Counted from the stretch's first letter, positions 44,409 through 53,936 are shown. The stretch is 64,000 nucleotides of DNA from an uncultured Clostridia bacterium (GCA_944376195.1 CALWBW010000001.1:17043-81042); one strand, 5' to 3'. Program-made: numbers and translations. Notes: generated by a model not told the origin, from the letters alone.

Positions 44409-44882
44409 ATGGCAATTCGAAATGTTGTAATTCGCGGCGATGCGCTTTTGACGAAAAAGTCCCGCATTGTGGAGCGGTTTGATGAACGGCTTCACACGTT
44501 AATCGACGACATGATTGAAACGATGCATAAAAAGGAAGGCGTAGGGATTGCGGCGCCGCAGGTCGGTGTTCTGCGTCGCGTAGTGATTGTGGAGCCGAAC
44601 CCGGAAACGACCATGACGCTTGTGAATCCGGAAATCTTAGAACGTTCCGGCGCGGTTGAGGGAATGGAAGGTTGTCTCAGCGTGCCGGATGTGTGGGGAA
44701 TTGTCGTGCGTCCGGATCATGTCGTGGTAAGGGCGCAGGATCGAGACGGTCGGGAATTTCAATTCAGTGCGGACGGCTATGCCGCTCGGATCGTTTGCCA
44801 TGAAGTCGATCATCTAGACGGCGTCCTGTTTACAGAAAAGGCTATTCGTTTTGTCAATCCTGATGGAGAGGACGAAGAGTAA
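44409..44882 (+). CDS. def: Peptide deformylase
   Basis: The motifs are GIAAPQVG, EGCLSVP and HEVDHLDG. ATG at 44409 follows GAGGAAGGG. Confidence 0.95.
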   Translation: MAIRNVVIRGDALLTKKSRIVERFDERLHTLIDDMIETMHKKEGVGIAAPQVGVLRRVVIVEPNPETTMTLVNPEILERSGAVEGMEGCLSVPDVWGIVVRPDHVVVRAQDRDGREFQFSADGYAARIVCHEVDHLDGVLFTEKAIRFVNPDGEDEE

Positions 44883-45824
44883 ATGATGCGAGTGTTGTAT
44901 ATGGGAACGCCGGATTTTGCGGTACCCCCGCTGCAGGCTCTGCTGCAGGCTGGACATGAGGTCCTTGGTGTGGTGACGCAGCCGGACCGGCCCAAGGGAC
45001 GCGGCATGAAATTGCTGGCACCTCCTGTCAAGGAGACGGCGCAGGCGTTGGGCATTCCGGTTTATCAACCCGAAACGCTGCGTGGTTATGCGGTGAAACC
45101 CCTTTTGGAAGAACTTAGGCCGGATGTCATTGTGGTTGCTGCATATGGAAAGCTTTTGCCTCCCTATGTGTTGAAAGCGGCAAAGTATGGCTGTATCAAT
45201 GTCCATGCCTCGCTGTTGCCGAAATATCGGGGTGCGGCGCCGATTCAGCGTGCCATTATGGCTGGAGAACAGGAAACGGGCGTTACCATTATGTATATGG
45301 CAAAAGAACTGGATGCGGGCGATGTGATCCTGGCGGATTCGACTCCCATTGGGGCAGCGGAGACTGCTGGAGAGTTAACCATGCGGCTTTCTCATTTGGG
45401 TGCGTCGCTTCTAGTGCGCGCGCTTTCCGCTTTAGAGGATGGAACTGCAACACGTGCACCGCAGGATGCAAGCCAATCCACGTATGCGCATTTGATCACC
45501 CGGGAAGACGCTCGTATTGACTGGATGCGTACGGCGCGCGAAGTGGCGGATTGTATTCGCGCCATGCTGCCTGCTCCCGGCGCGTTTGCAAGCAGCGGGG
45601 AAGCGGTTTACAAGTTTGCCGATGCGGTTGTATCGGAAAAGACAGGCGAACCGGGAATGGTCCTGGGGGTAGAAAACGGTCGTATGCTGGTGGCTTGCGG
45701 TTCCGGTTCCGTGGCGATTGGTCAAATTCAGGCGCCGGGTAGCCGCAGAATGTCGGTGTCGGATTACGCCAGGGGACATGCCTTGCCGGAAAAATTTGAC
45801 GGGATTGGTGTACAACATGCGTGA
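44883..45824 (+). CDS. fmt: Methionyl-tRNA formyltransferase
   Basis: The motifs are YMGTPDFAVPPL and NVHASLLPKYRGAAPIQRAI. It starts directly after the def stop. Confidence 0.95.
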   Translation: MMRVLYMGTPDFAVPPLQALLQAGHEVLGVVTQPDRPKGRGMKLLAPPVKETAQALGIPVYQPETLRGYAVKPLLEELRPDVIVVAAYGKLLPPYVLKAAKYGCINVHASLLPKYRGAAPIQRAIMAGEQETGVTIMYMAKELDAGDVILADSTPIGAAETAGELTMRLSHLGASLLVRALSALEDGTATRAPQDASQSTYAHLITREDARIDWMRTAREVADCIRAMLPAPGAFASSGEAVYKFADAVVSEKTGEPGMVLGVENGRMLVACGSGSVAIGQIQAPGSRRMSVSDYARGHALPEKFDGIGVQHA

Positions 45825-47163
45825 TGCGCGGGAAGTCGCGGTACGGGCGCTTTTGGCGGTAGACGGAGGCGCCTGGAGCGATTTGACATTGGCCGCTGCG
45901 ATGCGGAAAGAAGGATTAGACGCGCGGGATGCTGCGTTTTGTACGGCGCTTTGCGCAGGCGTGCTGCAAAACCGCGCGTTGTTGGATTATCAAATTGCGG
46001 CATATTCCTCCTTGCGACTGAATAAAATATCTCCTTTTGTGCTCAATACGCTGCGTGTGGCGGCTTATCAAATTCTTTGTATGGATCGGGTGCCGCCTTC
46101 CGCTGCCGTGAATACGGCGGTGGGATTGATTCGAAAATCAGCAAATCCCAGAGCTGCAGGTTTTGCAAACGCCGTTTTGCGGCGGATTGGCGAACAGGGA
46201 AAAGCGGTCCGTCTGCCGGATGCGGACGACTGTGTCTCGTATCTTTCCGTAAAATACAGCCATCCTGCATGGTTGGTGGATCATTTTTTAAAACGGCTGG
46301 GGGAAGAAGCGGAACTTGCTCTGGCGGCAAATAATGCTGCGCCGCCGGTTACTGCACGTGTGAATACGCTGAAAGCTTCTCGGGATGAGGCGATACAGGC
46401 TCTTGAGAAGGAAGGCGTGGAGGTTTGCGCGCATGAATGGCTGCCGGATGCATTGATTTTATCACACAGCGGGAATATAGAGACATTGACGGCATTTCAA
46501 CAGGGACTTATTGCCATACAGGACGCGGCTTCTCAGCTGGACGTACTGGCGCTGGATCCACAGCCCGGCGAACGGGTGCTGGATCTCTGTGCGGCTCCCG
46601 GCGGCAAGACCTTTGCGGCGGCTGCACGGATGAAAAATTGCGGGGAAATTCAGGCGTGTGATTTGTACGAGCAGAGATTGGGTTTGGTGAAAAAAGATGC
46701 CGAGCGGCTTGGCGTTCGGATTGTAACCACGAAATGTTCCGATGCGACGCAGCCGGAACCGGCATTTTGGGAGCGGTTTGACCGTGTGTTGGTAGATGCG
46801 CCGTGTTCCGGTATGGGAGTTATACGCAGGAAGCCGGAAATTCGGTATAAAGATCCGAATACAATCTTGCAGCTTCCCGAAGTCCAGAAGAAGATTCTGT
46901 CAAACGCGGCGGATACTTTAAAAACCGGGGGAATTATGATATACTCGACTTGCAGTGTGATGGAAGAGGAGAATGAGGCGGTAGTGCGTGCGTTCCTTGC
47001 TAGTCATACACAGTTTTCTTTGGAACCGTTTTCACTTCCCGGCGGAATTGAGGCGCCGGATGGTATGGTCACACTCTGGCCGCATAGAAATGGTACGGAT
47101 GGATTTTTCCTATCAAAACTGATAAAGAAGGTTTCCTATGCTGAATCTGCGCGATTTCACTGA
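45817..47163 (+). CDS. rsmB: 16S rRNA (cytosine967-C5)-methyltransferase RsmB
   Basis: NusB-like N-terminal domain, then DLCAAPGGKT, DAPCSGMG and YSTCS. ATG at 45817 overlaps the fmt end. Confidence 0.9.
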   Translation: MRDAREVAVRALLAVDGGAWSDLTLAAAMRKEGLDARDAAFCTALCAGVLQNRALLDYQIAAYSSLRLNKISPFVLNTLRVAAYQILCMDRVPPSAAVNTAVGLIRKSANPRAAGFANAVLRRIGEQGKAVRLPDADDCVSYLSVKYSHPAWLVDHFLKRLGEEAELALAANNAAPPVTARVNTLKASRDEAIQALEKEGVEVCAHEWLPDALILSHSGNIETLTAFQQGLIAIQDAASQLDVLALDPQPGERVLDLCAAPGGKTFAAAARMKNCGEIQACDLYEQRLGLVKKDAERLGVRIVTTKCSDATQPEPAFWERFDRVLVDAPCSGMGVIRRKPEIRYKDPNTILQLPEVQKKILSNAADTLKTGGIMIYSTCSVMEEENEAVVRAFLASHTQFSLEPFSLPGGIEAPDGMVTLWPHRNGTDGFFLSKLIKKVSYAESARFH

Positions 47164-48169
47164 AACAGAATTAGAAGCACTGGTACGGGAGGCAGGTCAG
47201 CCTGCCTATCGAGCGGGCCAGCTTTTTAAATGGGCGCAATCCGGTGCGCGGAGTTTTGATAGCATGACCGATATTCCCAAAAATCTGCGTGCATTTCTGT
47301 CCGAGCGATATACGGTAACGCCGCCCGTGGAATTAAAAAAACAAGTGGCGCGCGATGGAACGCGAAAGTATCTCTGGGGTCTTTCCGATGGAAACTGTAT
47401 AGAAACGGTTTTGATGGAATATAAGCACGGATACAGCGTTTGCGTGTCGACGCAGGCTGGCTGCCGGATGGGCTGTGTCTTTTGCGCATCGACCAAAGGC
47501 GGATTTGTGCGAAACCTAACACCCGGTGAAATTTTAGAGCAGGTGCTGTATGCTGGTCTTGACGCCGGTGTACGTGTGTCCAATATTGTCCTGATGGGGA
47601 CGGGCGAACCGCTTGACAATCTGGATGCAGTATTAAAATTTATCCAGCTGGTTCATAATGAAAAAGGATTGGGAATTGGTGAACGGCACATATCCCTTTC
47701 CACAAGCGGCTTGGTAGACCGAATTTACGAATTGGAAAAACAGGCATTGCAAATTACGCTTTCTATTTCTCTCCATGCACCGAACAATACGCTTCGGTCG
47801 CAAATTATGCCGGTAAACCGGCGCTGGCCGGTGGAAGAATTGTTGGCGGCCTGCCGCTCTTACACGGAAAAAACGCATCGACGTATTTCCTATGAGTATG
47901 CGCTGATTCGCGGATTTAATGATACGGACGCCTGTGCGAGAGAATTGGTCTCCTTGTTGCGTGGTCAGCTGGCACATGTGAATCTGATTCGGTTGAATGA
48001 AATCGCAGAAAGCCCGTTAAGACCGTCTACGACGGAGACGACGCAGCGTTTTTGCAATATTTTGAATAAAAGCGGAGTGACGGCGACCGTTCGCCGTCGA
48101 CTTGGGTTTGATATAGATGCCTCCTGCGGCCAACTTCGCAGGAAATTTGAGCTTAACGGAGGGATGTGA
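47138..48169 (+). CDS. rlmN: 23S rRNA/tRNA (adenine-C2)-methyltransferase RlmN (radical SAM)
   Basis: AGQLFKW, the radical SAM cluster motif GCRMGCVFCAS, and the C-terminal DASCGQL. Confidence 0.95.
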   Translation: MLNLRDFTETELEALVREAGQPAYRAGQLFKWAQSGARSFDSMTDIPKNLRAFLSERYTVTPPVELKKQVARDGTRKYLWGLSDGNCIETVLMEYKHGYSVCVSTQAGCRMGCVFCASTKGGFVRNLTPGEILEQVLYAGLDAGVRVSNIVLMGTGEPLDNLDAVLKFIQLVHNEKGLGIGERHISLSTSGLVDRIYELEKQALQITLSISLHAPNNTLRSQIMPVNRRWPVEELLAACRSYTEKTHRRISYEYALIRGFNDTDACARELVSLLRGQLAHVNLIRLNEIAESPLRPSTTETTQRFCNILNKSGVTATVRRRLGFDIDASCGQLRRKFELNGGM

Positions 48170-48173
48170 CCCG

Positions 48174-48905
48174 ATGAATATCTTTGGGTTGAGCGATGTG
48201 GGCCTCGCCCGTGAGAATAATGAAGATACCTGCCTTTATGAGATGCGGGACGAGGGTGCCCAGTCGATTTTCGTCGTCTGCGACGGCATGGGCGGCGCAC
48301 GTGCCGGGAATGTGGCAAGCGATATTGCCGCAAATGTTTTTGTGGAGCAGATTGAGCGGCAGATTCGCCCCAGCATGAGCGCGAAGTATATGGAATCGAT
48401 ACTCCGAAATGCGGTGGATTTTGCAAATTATGATACATATCGCACGGCGCAGTCGTCTCATGAATATCAAGGTATGGGTACGACGCTGGTTGGCGGTTTT
48501 GCAAATGGGACGCAGGTGATGATAGCTAATGTAGGAGACAGCCGGGCGTACCTCTATTCGCCGGAAGGAATCCAGCGCGTTACGCGGGATCATTCGCTGG
48601 TGGAGGAGCTGGTACAGCGCGGCGAAATTACGGAGGAACAGGCCAGAGAGCATCCTCGCCGGAATCTGATTACCCGTGCGTTGGGAACCAGCCGGAAAGT
48701 GGGGGCGGACTACTACCCATTGACACTGGAACCGGATCAAAAGTTGTTGTTATGCTCGGATGGACTCTCTACAATGGTGAGGGATGAAGAGTTATTTGAA
48801 ATTTTGCATGAGGATGACATAAAACTTTGTTGCGAACGTCTAATTGATACCGCAAATATGCACGGTGGGCATGATAATATTACCGTGTTGATTCTCACTG
48901 TTTGA
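48174..48905 (+). CDS. stp: PP2C-family Ser/Thr phosphatase (Stp/PrpC)
   Basis: The motifs are SDVGLARENNEDT, VCDGMGG and GGHDNITV. ATG at 48174 follows GGAGGG. Confidence 0.9.
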   Translation: MNIFGLSDVGLARENNEDTCLYEMRDEGAQSIFVVCDGMGGARAGNVASDIAANVFVEQIERQIRPSMSAKYMESILRNAVDFANYDTYRTAQSSHEYQGMGTTLVGGFANGTQVMIANVGDSRAYLYSPEGIQRVTRDHSLVEELVQRGEITEEQAREHPRRNLITRALGTSRKVGADYYPLTLEPDQKLLLCSDGLSTMVRDEELFEILHEDDIKLCCERLIDTANMHGGHDNITVLILTV

Positions 48906-48919
48906 AAGGAGGCGAAACC

Positions 48920-51025
48920 ATGGATAGATATTTGGGAAAACTGCTGGATAACCGGTATGAAATTCTTGAAATTATCGGAACCGGCGGTATGGCTGTGGTT
49001 TATCGTGCAAGAGACCGCCTTTTAAACCGCTTCGTTGCTGTTAAAATCTTAAAAGATGAGTTCGCTCGTGATCTGGATTTTCGCCGTCGCTTCCATATGG
49101 AAAGCCAAGCGGTTGCCATGTTATCCCATCCCAACATTGTTTCGGTTTACGATGTGAACCGCTCCGACAATATTGAATATATCGTGATGGAGCTGGTTGA
49201 GGGTGTAACTTTAAAAGAATATATGGAGCGTAAAGGTGCGTTGAGTGCCGCGGAAACGTTGCATTTTGTGCCGCAGATCGCTTCGGCTCTGGAGCATGCG
49301 CATTCGCGTGGGATTATTCATCGGGATATTAAACCGCAGAATATCATCATTTTACGCGATGGAAGTTTGAAGGTTACGGATTTTGGCATAGCCCGTATGG
49401 CAGAATCACAGCAGGAAACTATGACGGGAGACGCGCTCGGCTCCGTTCATTATGTCTCGCCCGAACAGGCGCGAGGCAGTAATATCGATGCGCGTTCGGA
49501 TATTTATTCCCTCGGTGTTGTCATGTATGAAATGCTGACGGGGCGGCTTCCGTTTGAAGGTGATACGCCCGTTGCGGTTGTACTACAGCATATCAACTCC
49601 ATACCGCTTTTGCCTTCTGAGATCAAGCCGGACATTCCAACAGGACTTGAGGAAATCACGATGAAGGCCATGAGTCCTGCGCCGGAGGATCGTTACGCTT
49701 CGGCGACAGAAATGCTGATTGATTTGGACTTGTGCAAAAATGATCCCAATATTGTGTTTGATTACGGTGTGGTAAAGCCCGGCCCTTATGTGACGGATGA
49801 ACCGGAGCCAGAGCCGGAACCGGTGGTAGAACCGAATGCGGAGGAGACCGTCTTATTTGACCCGGTTCAGGAAAAACGGTTGCCGTCAAAGCGGCCCCGG
49901 CAAGAAATGGATTCCCATAGGCCGTCCAGGGCGCAGGTTCGCCAGGATCAGCGCAGGAGGGGATATCGGGATTACTCGGATTATGACGATGATTATGATG
50001 ATTTTCGTCCGCGTGCCAGGACGCCTGTCTTTGTGTTTTTAATTACAGGCATCTTGACTGCTGCGATATTCTTTGGTGGTGCGGCTTTTATCATTTCCAC
50101 AATTTTCGGAGCCGAAAATACGGCGGAGATGGATGACATCACAGCGCCGGATTTGGTTGGCAAAAATTATTCCGATGTAGTTTCCAGCATTCAGTATGCG
50201 GAGTACAATATTGTAGAGGATGAAAGCGTCTATTCGGATTCCATTGAAGAAGGCGTGATTATTTCTCAGGAACCGCCGGCCGGCCGTACGATTAAGGCTA
50301 CAACGGAGATTTATGTCACGGTCAGTTTGGGGCCAAAGAAAATTCCTCTGGTTGATTTGATCGGCGTGGAAGCGCGCGCGGCAAAACTCCGTTTGGAATC
50401 GTTGAATTTGTTGGTTTCCATGGAGTATGAAGTTTCTGATACGGTTGCGGAAGGGTATGTAATTCGGATGGATCCGGAACCGTACACGGAACTTGTCGAG
50501 GATGAGATTGTCACGCTGGTTGTAAGCCTTGGCCCGGAGGAGCGCTTTACAACGGTCCCGAATTTGATTGATATGACGGAGAGCGAAGCGGAGCGAGCCC
50601 TCGAAATCAAGAATTTGGTGTTGGGCAGTGTTATCCCGAAAGAAACGGATATAGAAGAGGAAGACGGTCTGGTGTATGACCAGAGCGTTGCGGCGGATAC
50701 GGAAGTTTCGGAAAAAACGGCGGTTGATATTTACGTATACGAATATGTGGAGCCGGATGTTCCGGACAATGATCCGGATATTCCAGGTGAAAACAATTCG
50801 TCTGACGGGGAAACAACCGGGACTGCAATTATTTGGGTGCCGCTTGACACCAGCGAAGAATATTCCATCGTGGTAATCATGTCGATGGGTGAGGTATTGT
50901 TTGAGCAGACCTATCTCTCCGAGTATGAGACGGTCCCTGTCACATTGGAAGGCAGTGGTTCTGCGATGGTCAGCGTTTACGTCAATGGTACGCTGGTCGA
51001 GGAAGAAATTGCCGTGTATGACTGA
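48920..51025 (+). CDS. pknB: PASTA-domain Ser/Thr protein kinase (PknB/PrkC)
   Basis: Kinase motifs GTGGMAVVY, VAVK, HRDIKPQN, DFG and SPE. The TM span is VFVFLITGILTAAIFFGGAAFII. Three PASTA repeats precede a C-terminal beta-rich domain. Confidence 0.95.
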   Translation: MDRYLGKLLDNRYEILEIIGTGGMAVVYRARDRLLNRFVAVKILKDEFARDLDFRRRFHMESQAVAMLSHPNIVSVYDVNRSDNIEYIVMELVEGVTLKEYMERKGALSAAETLHFVPQIASALEHAHSRGIIHRDIKPQNIIILRDGSLKVTDFGIARMAESQQETMTGDALGSVHYVSPEQARGSNIDARSDIYSLGVVMYEMLTGRLPFEGDTPVAVVLQHINSIPLLPSEIKPDIPTGLEEITMKAMSPAPEDRYASATEMLIDLDLCKNDPNIVFDYGVVKPGPYVTDEPEPEPEPVVEPNAEETVLFDPVQEKRLPSKRPRQEMDSHRPSRAQVRQDQRRRGYRDYSDYDDDYDDFRPRARTPVFVFLITGILTAAIFFGGAAFIISTIFGAENTAEMDDITAPDLVGKNYSDVVSSIQYAEYNIVEDESVYSDSIEEGVIISQEPPAGRTIKATTEIYVTVSLGPKKIPLVDLIGVEARAAKLRLESLNLLVSMEYEVSDTVAEGYVIRMDPEPYTELVEDEIVTLVVSLGPEERFTTVPNLIDMTESEAERALEIKNLVLGSVIPKETDIEEEDGLVYDQSVAADTEVSEKTAVDIYVYEYVEPDVPDNDPDIPGENNSSDGETTGTAIIWVPLDTSEEYSIVVIMSMGEVLFEQTYLSEYETVPVTLEGSGSAMVSVYVNGTLVEEEIAVYD

Positions 51026-51929
51026 TACGCTGTACGAGGGATTAATTATCCGCAGTGTGGGTGGATTGTATACGGTGGAGTGTGAGGGAGAATCGGTAGA
51101 TTGCCGCGCCAGGGGGAAGTTTCGATTGTCTGAGCTAAAACCTATGGTGGGCGACCGTGTGCTGATTGTGCGCCCCGGTATCGGAGAAGCGGTTATTCGA
51201 GAAGTTTGTGTGCGTACCAATAGCCTGATCCGTCCTGCGGTGGCCAATATTCGGACGTTGGTTGTCATTGCATCGGAGGCCCCGCCGGTTACGCAGCCAT
51301 TCCTGATTGACCGTGTAAGTGCAATTGCCGGGCATAAGGACATTGATATGATCCTCTGCGTCAATAAGTGCGACCAAAAGCGCGGAGAGAGTTTGATCGA
51401 TGTGTATACAAAGGCTGGCTTTCGCGTAATTCCTATGAGTGCGGAAACCGGAGAGGGAATAGACGAGCTGCGTTCGGTCATGACAGAAGGAATTTTTGTC
51501 CTGACCGGTAACTCCGGTGTTGGGAAGTCCAGTATTCTCAACCGGATTGATCCCACGCGAAAGGCCGTTGTGGGTGCGCTAAGCGAACGGATTGGACGTG
51601 GGCGTCAAACAACACGCCATGTGGAACTTTACAAATTGCCTTCTGGTGCCTATGTGGCAGATACGCCGGGGTTTCAATCGTTTGATGTGGAGCGGATGGA
51701 CCTGGTCTTAAAGGATGATCTGGCGCATGCGTTTCGGGAATTTGCCGACTTTATACCAAACTGCCGATATGCAGATTGCCACCATGTAAAAGAGCAGGGA
51801 TGTGCAGTGAGGCAGGCAGTTGAGGCGGGGGAAATTCCGGAAAGTCGGTATGAAAGCTATCTGATGCTTTATGAAAGTATGAAGGACATCCACGAATGGG
51901 ATTTAAAAAAAATGGGAAACCGTGGCTGA
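51018..51929 (+). CDS. rsgA: Ribosome small-subunit-dependent GTPase A
   Basis: ATG at 51018 overlaps the pknB end. The motifs are NKCD, GNSGVGKSS and DTPGF, with the zinc motif CRYADCHHVKEQGC. Confidence 0.9.
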   Translation: MTDTLYEGLIIRSVGGLYTVECEGESVDCRARGKFRLSELKPMVGDRVLIVRPGIGEAVIREVCVRTNSLIRPAVANIRTLVVIASEAPPVTQPFLIDRVSAIAGHKDIDMILCVNKCDQKRGESLIDVYTKAGFRVIPMSAETGEGIDELRSVMTEGIFVLTGNSGVGKSSILNRIDPTRKAVVGALSERIGRGRQTTRHVELYKLPSGAYVADTPGFQSFDVERMDLVLKDDLAHAFREFADFIPNCRYADCHHVKEQGCAVRQAVEAGEIPESRYESYLMLYESMKDIHEWDLKKMGNRG

Positions 51930-51938
51930 TGCGGTAGC

Positions 51939-52000
51939 AAAAACCGGGCTGCGCGCTATGATGATGTTGTATAGACATGATCGGGCGCAGCCCGGTTTTT
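51939..52000. terminator. Long-loop terminator-like inverted repeat after rsgA
   Basis: Perfect 16-bp arms AAAAACCGGGCTGCGC (51939-51954) / GCGCAGCCCGGTTTTT (51985-52000) separated by 30 nt. Confidence 0.5.
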
Positions 52001-52020
52001 ATCGTCAGGAGGTTGGTGCT

Positions 52021-52167
52021 GTGTGCAGACGTTATAAATGTATTGGTTCTATCCTGCTGGCGCTTGCCGCCGGCGCAGTAGCCGCGTTGCTTTTCCCTGT
52101 CTGGCTCATTGCTTCCTTATTGGCTGTGGTAGTGATTGTGCTTGGAATTTTGCTGGTGTTGGGTTGA
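52021..52167 (+). CDS. Possible 48-aa hydrophobic mini-protein
   Basis: GTG at 52021 lies 7 nt after AGGAGGT. The sequence is VCRRYKCIGSILLALAAGAVAALLFPVWLIASLLAVVVIVLGILLVLG, with two hydrophobic spans. I recognised no homology, and the longer track ORF (51922) spans the terminator. Confidence 0.35.
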   Translation: MCRRYKCIGSILLALAAGAVAALLFPVWLIASLLAVVVIVLGILLVLG

Positions 52168-52188
52168 ATGAAAAAGGAGGGTTTTGGA

Positions 52189-52260
52189 GTGCGTATCATC
52201 GTTTGGAAATCTCCCGCTTTTCTGCGGGGTATTTGGAGACTTTTCCTCCGAACAAAGTAA
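52189..52260 (+). CDS. spoVM: SpoVM-like 23-aa amphipathic sporulation peptide (absent from the ORF track)
   Basis: GTG at 52189 lies 7 nt after AAAGGAGGG. It translates to (M)RIIVWKSPAFLRGIWRLFLRTK. This aligns with Bacillus subtilis SpoVM MKFYTIKLPKFLGGIVRAMLGSFRKD at K-x-P-x-F-L-x-G-I-x-R. A terminator follows, and the next genes are sipL-like and spoIVA. Confidence 0.65.
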   Translation: MRIIVWKSPAFLRGIWRLFLRTK

Positions 52261-52294
52261 ATTTGTTTTAAAAATCAACGCGAATACCGACTTG

Positions 52295-52338
52295 ATCGGC
52301 ACCCTATTATGTTGTAGCAGGGATGCCGATCTTTTTTT
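52295..52338 (+). terminator. Rho-independent terminator after the spoVM-like ORF
   Basis: ATCGGCACCCT / AGGGATGCCGAT stem with one bulge and a 13-nt loop, followed by CTTTTTTTG. Confidence 0.65.
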
Positions 52339-52418
52339 GTTCTGAATTGAAAACTCCTTACATATAAATGAACCATCATTGGCGGGCTGCGGCCGGCTGA
52401 AACAGGGAGGATTGCTCG

Positions 52419-53936
52419 GTGGAGTTACTGAAAAACACAATACGCTATCAGCGTCAGGTCGCGCGGCAGACCGCATATTGTGAAGAAAGCGCGGAAAGCA
52501 TCGTGCCGGACACGCTGCCGGATATTGCGCGAATTGTAGACGCGACGGGTACCGCTTATATTCGGGATTGGGAGTTGGGTACGGACGAAATACTTGTCAA
52601 ATGTACCGTACGGACGTCTGTCCTATATATGGCGGAAGAGGACCAAAAACTCTATAAAGTGGAGACGCCGATCTCTTTTACACAAAGGATTGAATTGCGC
52701 GGCGCCGAACCGGACTGCGATGTGCTGTGTTCCTGCTCACTGGTCTGTACGGATGCACGCGCTATGAATCCACGTAAAATTTCCGTGCGTGTCAATGTGG
52801 CGATCACGCCCCGGCTTTATGCGAAGACAGAGGAATCGTTTTCCACTGGTGTGAACGATACTCGCGAGTGCTGTATTAAAACGGAGACGGTGACCTATGC
52901 CGCTGTATCTGCGGTTTCCTACAAAAATTTCACCTTAGTTGAGGATATTGATATTCCGGAGAACAACGGAAGCATCAGAGCGGTTTTGCGTTCGGAGTTG
53001 CGTATCAAACCGGTTGACGTAAAATTGATGGCCAATCGTATTGTCGTGAAAGCGGAAGCAGAGGTAATCGCATTATGTGAAAATTCAGAAGGCGAATATC
53101 TCCGGGTGGAACGGACGTTTGGTTTCACGCAAATGGCAGATGTCCCGGGTGCGGATGAATCACTGACTGCAAATGTGGACTTTGGACTTCGCAGTTTTGA
53201 ATTGGATCCTGCGCTGGATATGTCCGGTGATTCCCGATATCTCTCGCTGAGCGCCGGGGTTATCATGAATATGGAAGTGTCGCAGAACACGCAGATTGAA
53301 ATTGTCACGGATCTCTATGGAACCCGGCGGCGCTCTTCACTTGTCATGCGGGACGTTGTATTAACGGGAATTTCAGAGTCACGGTCTTGTAAAGCATACG
53401 CTTCGGAGCATATTGATGCCGCTATACCTATTAAGCAAATGATCGATCAGCGAATTCAGGTAGAAGAAGCGGCGGAGCATGTGCCGGGAGAAACCAGCGC
53501 TACCATAGGTGCGATGATTTCGGTGCTGTGCGTGGGAGACGACGGCGCTTATTATAATCTCGTCCGACGGATTCCGCTTTCTTTTGAAGCTGGGGCGGAA
53601 GTCCCCACTCGTGTCAAAACGGAAATTCAGCTTTTCGATGTGACGGCTCCGCCATCCGGCGGACTGGATGTGGAAATCAGCGCAACAGTATCTGCGGGAG
53701 AAGAAAAAGCCCGGCGTGTTGCCATGGTAGACGCTGTGGAGTGGGGAGAAGAGTATCCCGTAAATGAATACAGCCGTATGACGGCGTTAATACGCCGGGT
53801 GACGGGCGAAGAAACTTTATGGGATATCGCGCGAGAATATCATACGACTGTGGACGCAATTGCGCTTGCCAATCAGATGAACGCGAACGGGATGCCTACA
53901 AAGGGCGAACTTTTGCTGATCCCCATGAAAAAGTGA
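52419..53936 (+). CDS. SipL/SpoVID-like spore morphogenesis protein (DUF3794/SPOCS domains plus C-terminal LysM)
   Basis: GTG start 6 nt after GGAGGA. The N-terminus ...ESIVPDTLPDIARIVDATG...ILVKCTVRTSVLY is typical of DUF3794. The C-terminal LysM is ETLWDIAREYHTTVDAIALANQM...GELLLIP. It lies 10 nt upstream of spoIVA. Confidence 0.7.
   Translation: MELLKNTIRYQRQVARQTAYCEESAESIVPDTLPDIARIVDATGTAYIRDWELGTDEILVKCTVRTSVLYMAEEDQKLYKVETPISFTQRIELRGAEPDCDVLCSCSLVCTDARAMNPRKISVRVNVAITPRLYAKTEESFSTGVNDTRECCIKTETVTYAAVSAVSYKNFTLVEDIDIPENNGSIRAVLRSELRIKPVDVKLMANRIVVKAEAEVIALCENSEGEYLRVERTFGFTQMADVPGADESLTANVDFGLRSFELDPALDMSGDSRYLSLSAGVIMNMEVSQNTQIEIVTDLYGTRRRSSLVMRDVVLTGISESRSCKAYASEHIDAAIPIKQMIDQRIQVEEAAEHVPGETSATIGAMISVLCVGDDGAYYNLVRRIPLSFEAGAEVPTRVKTEIQLFDVTAPPSGGLDVEISATVSAGEEKARRVAMVDAVEWGEEYPVNEYSRMTALIRRVTGEETLWDIAREYHTTVDAIALANQMNANGMPTKGELLLIPMKK

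Noticed and set aside
50039-51556. 505-aa minus-strand ORF, the longest antisense ORF in the window
   Set aside because: It lies entirely antisense to pknB and rsgA, whose identities are unambiguous from catalytic motifs. Its translation is Arg/Ile/Phe-rich and low in complexity, it has no RBS or recognisable motif, and it is typical of a stop-poor antisense frame.
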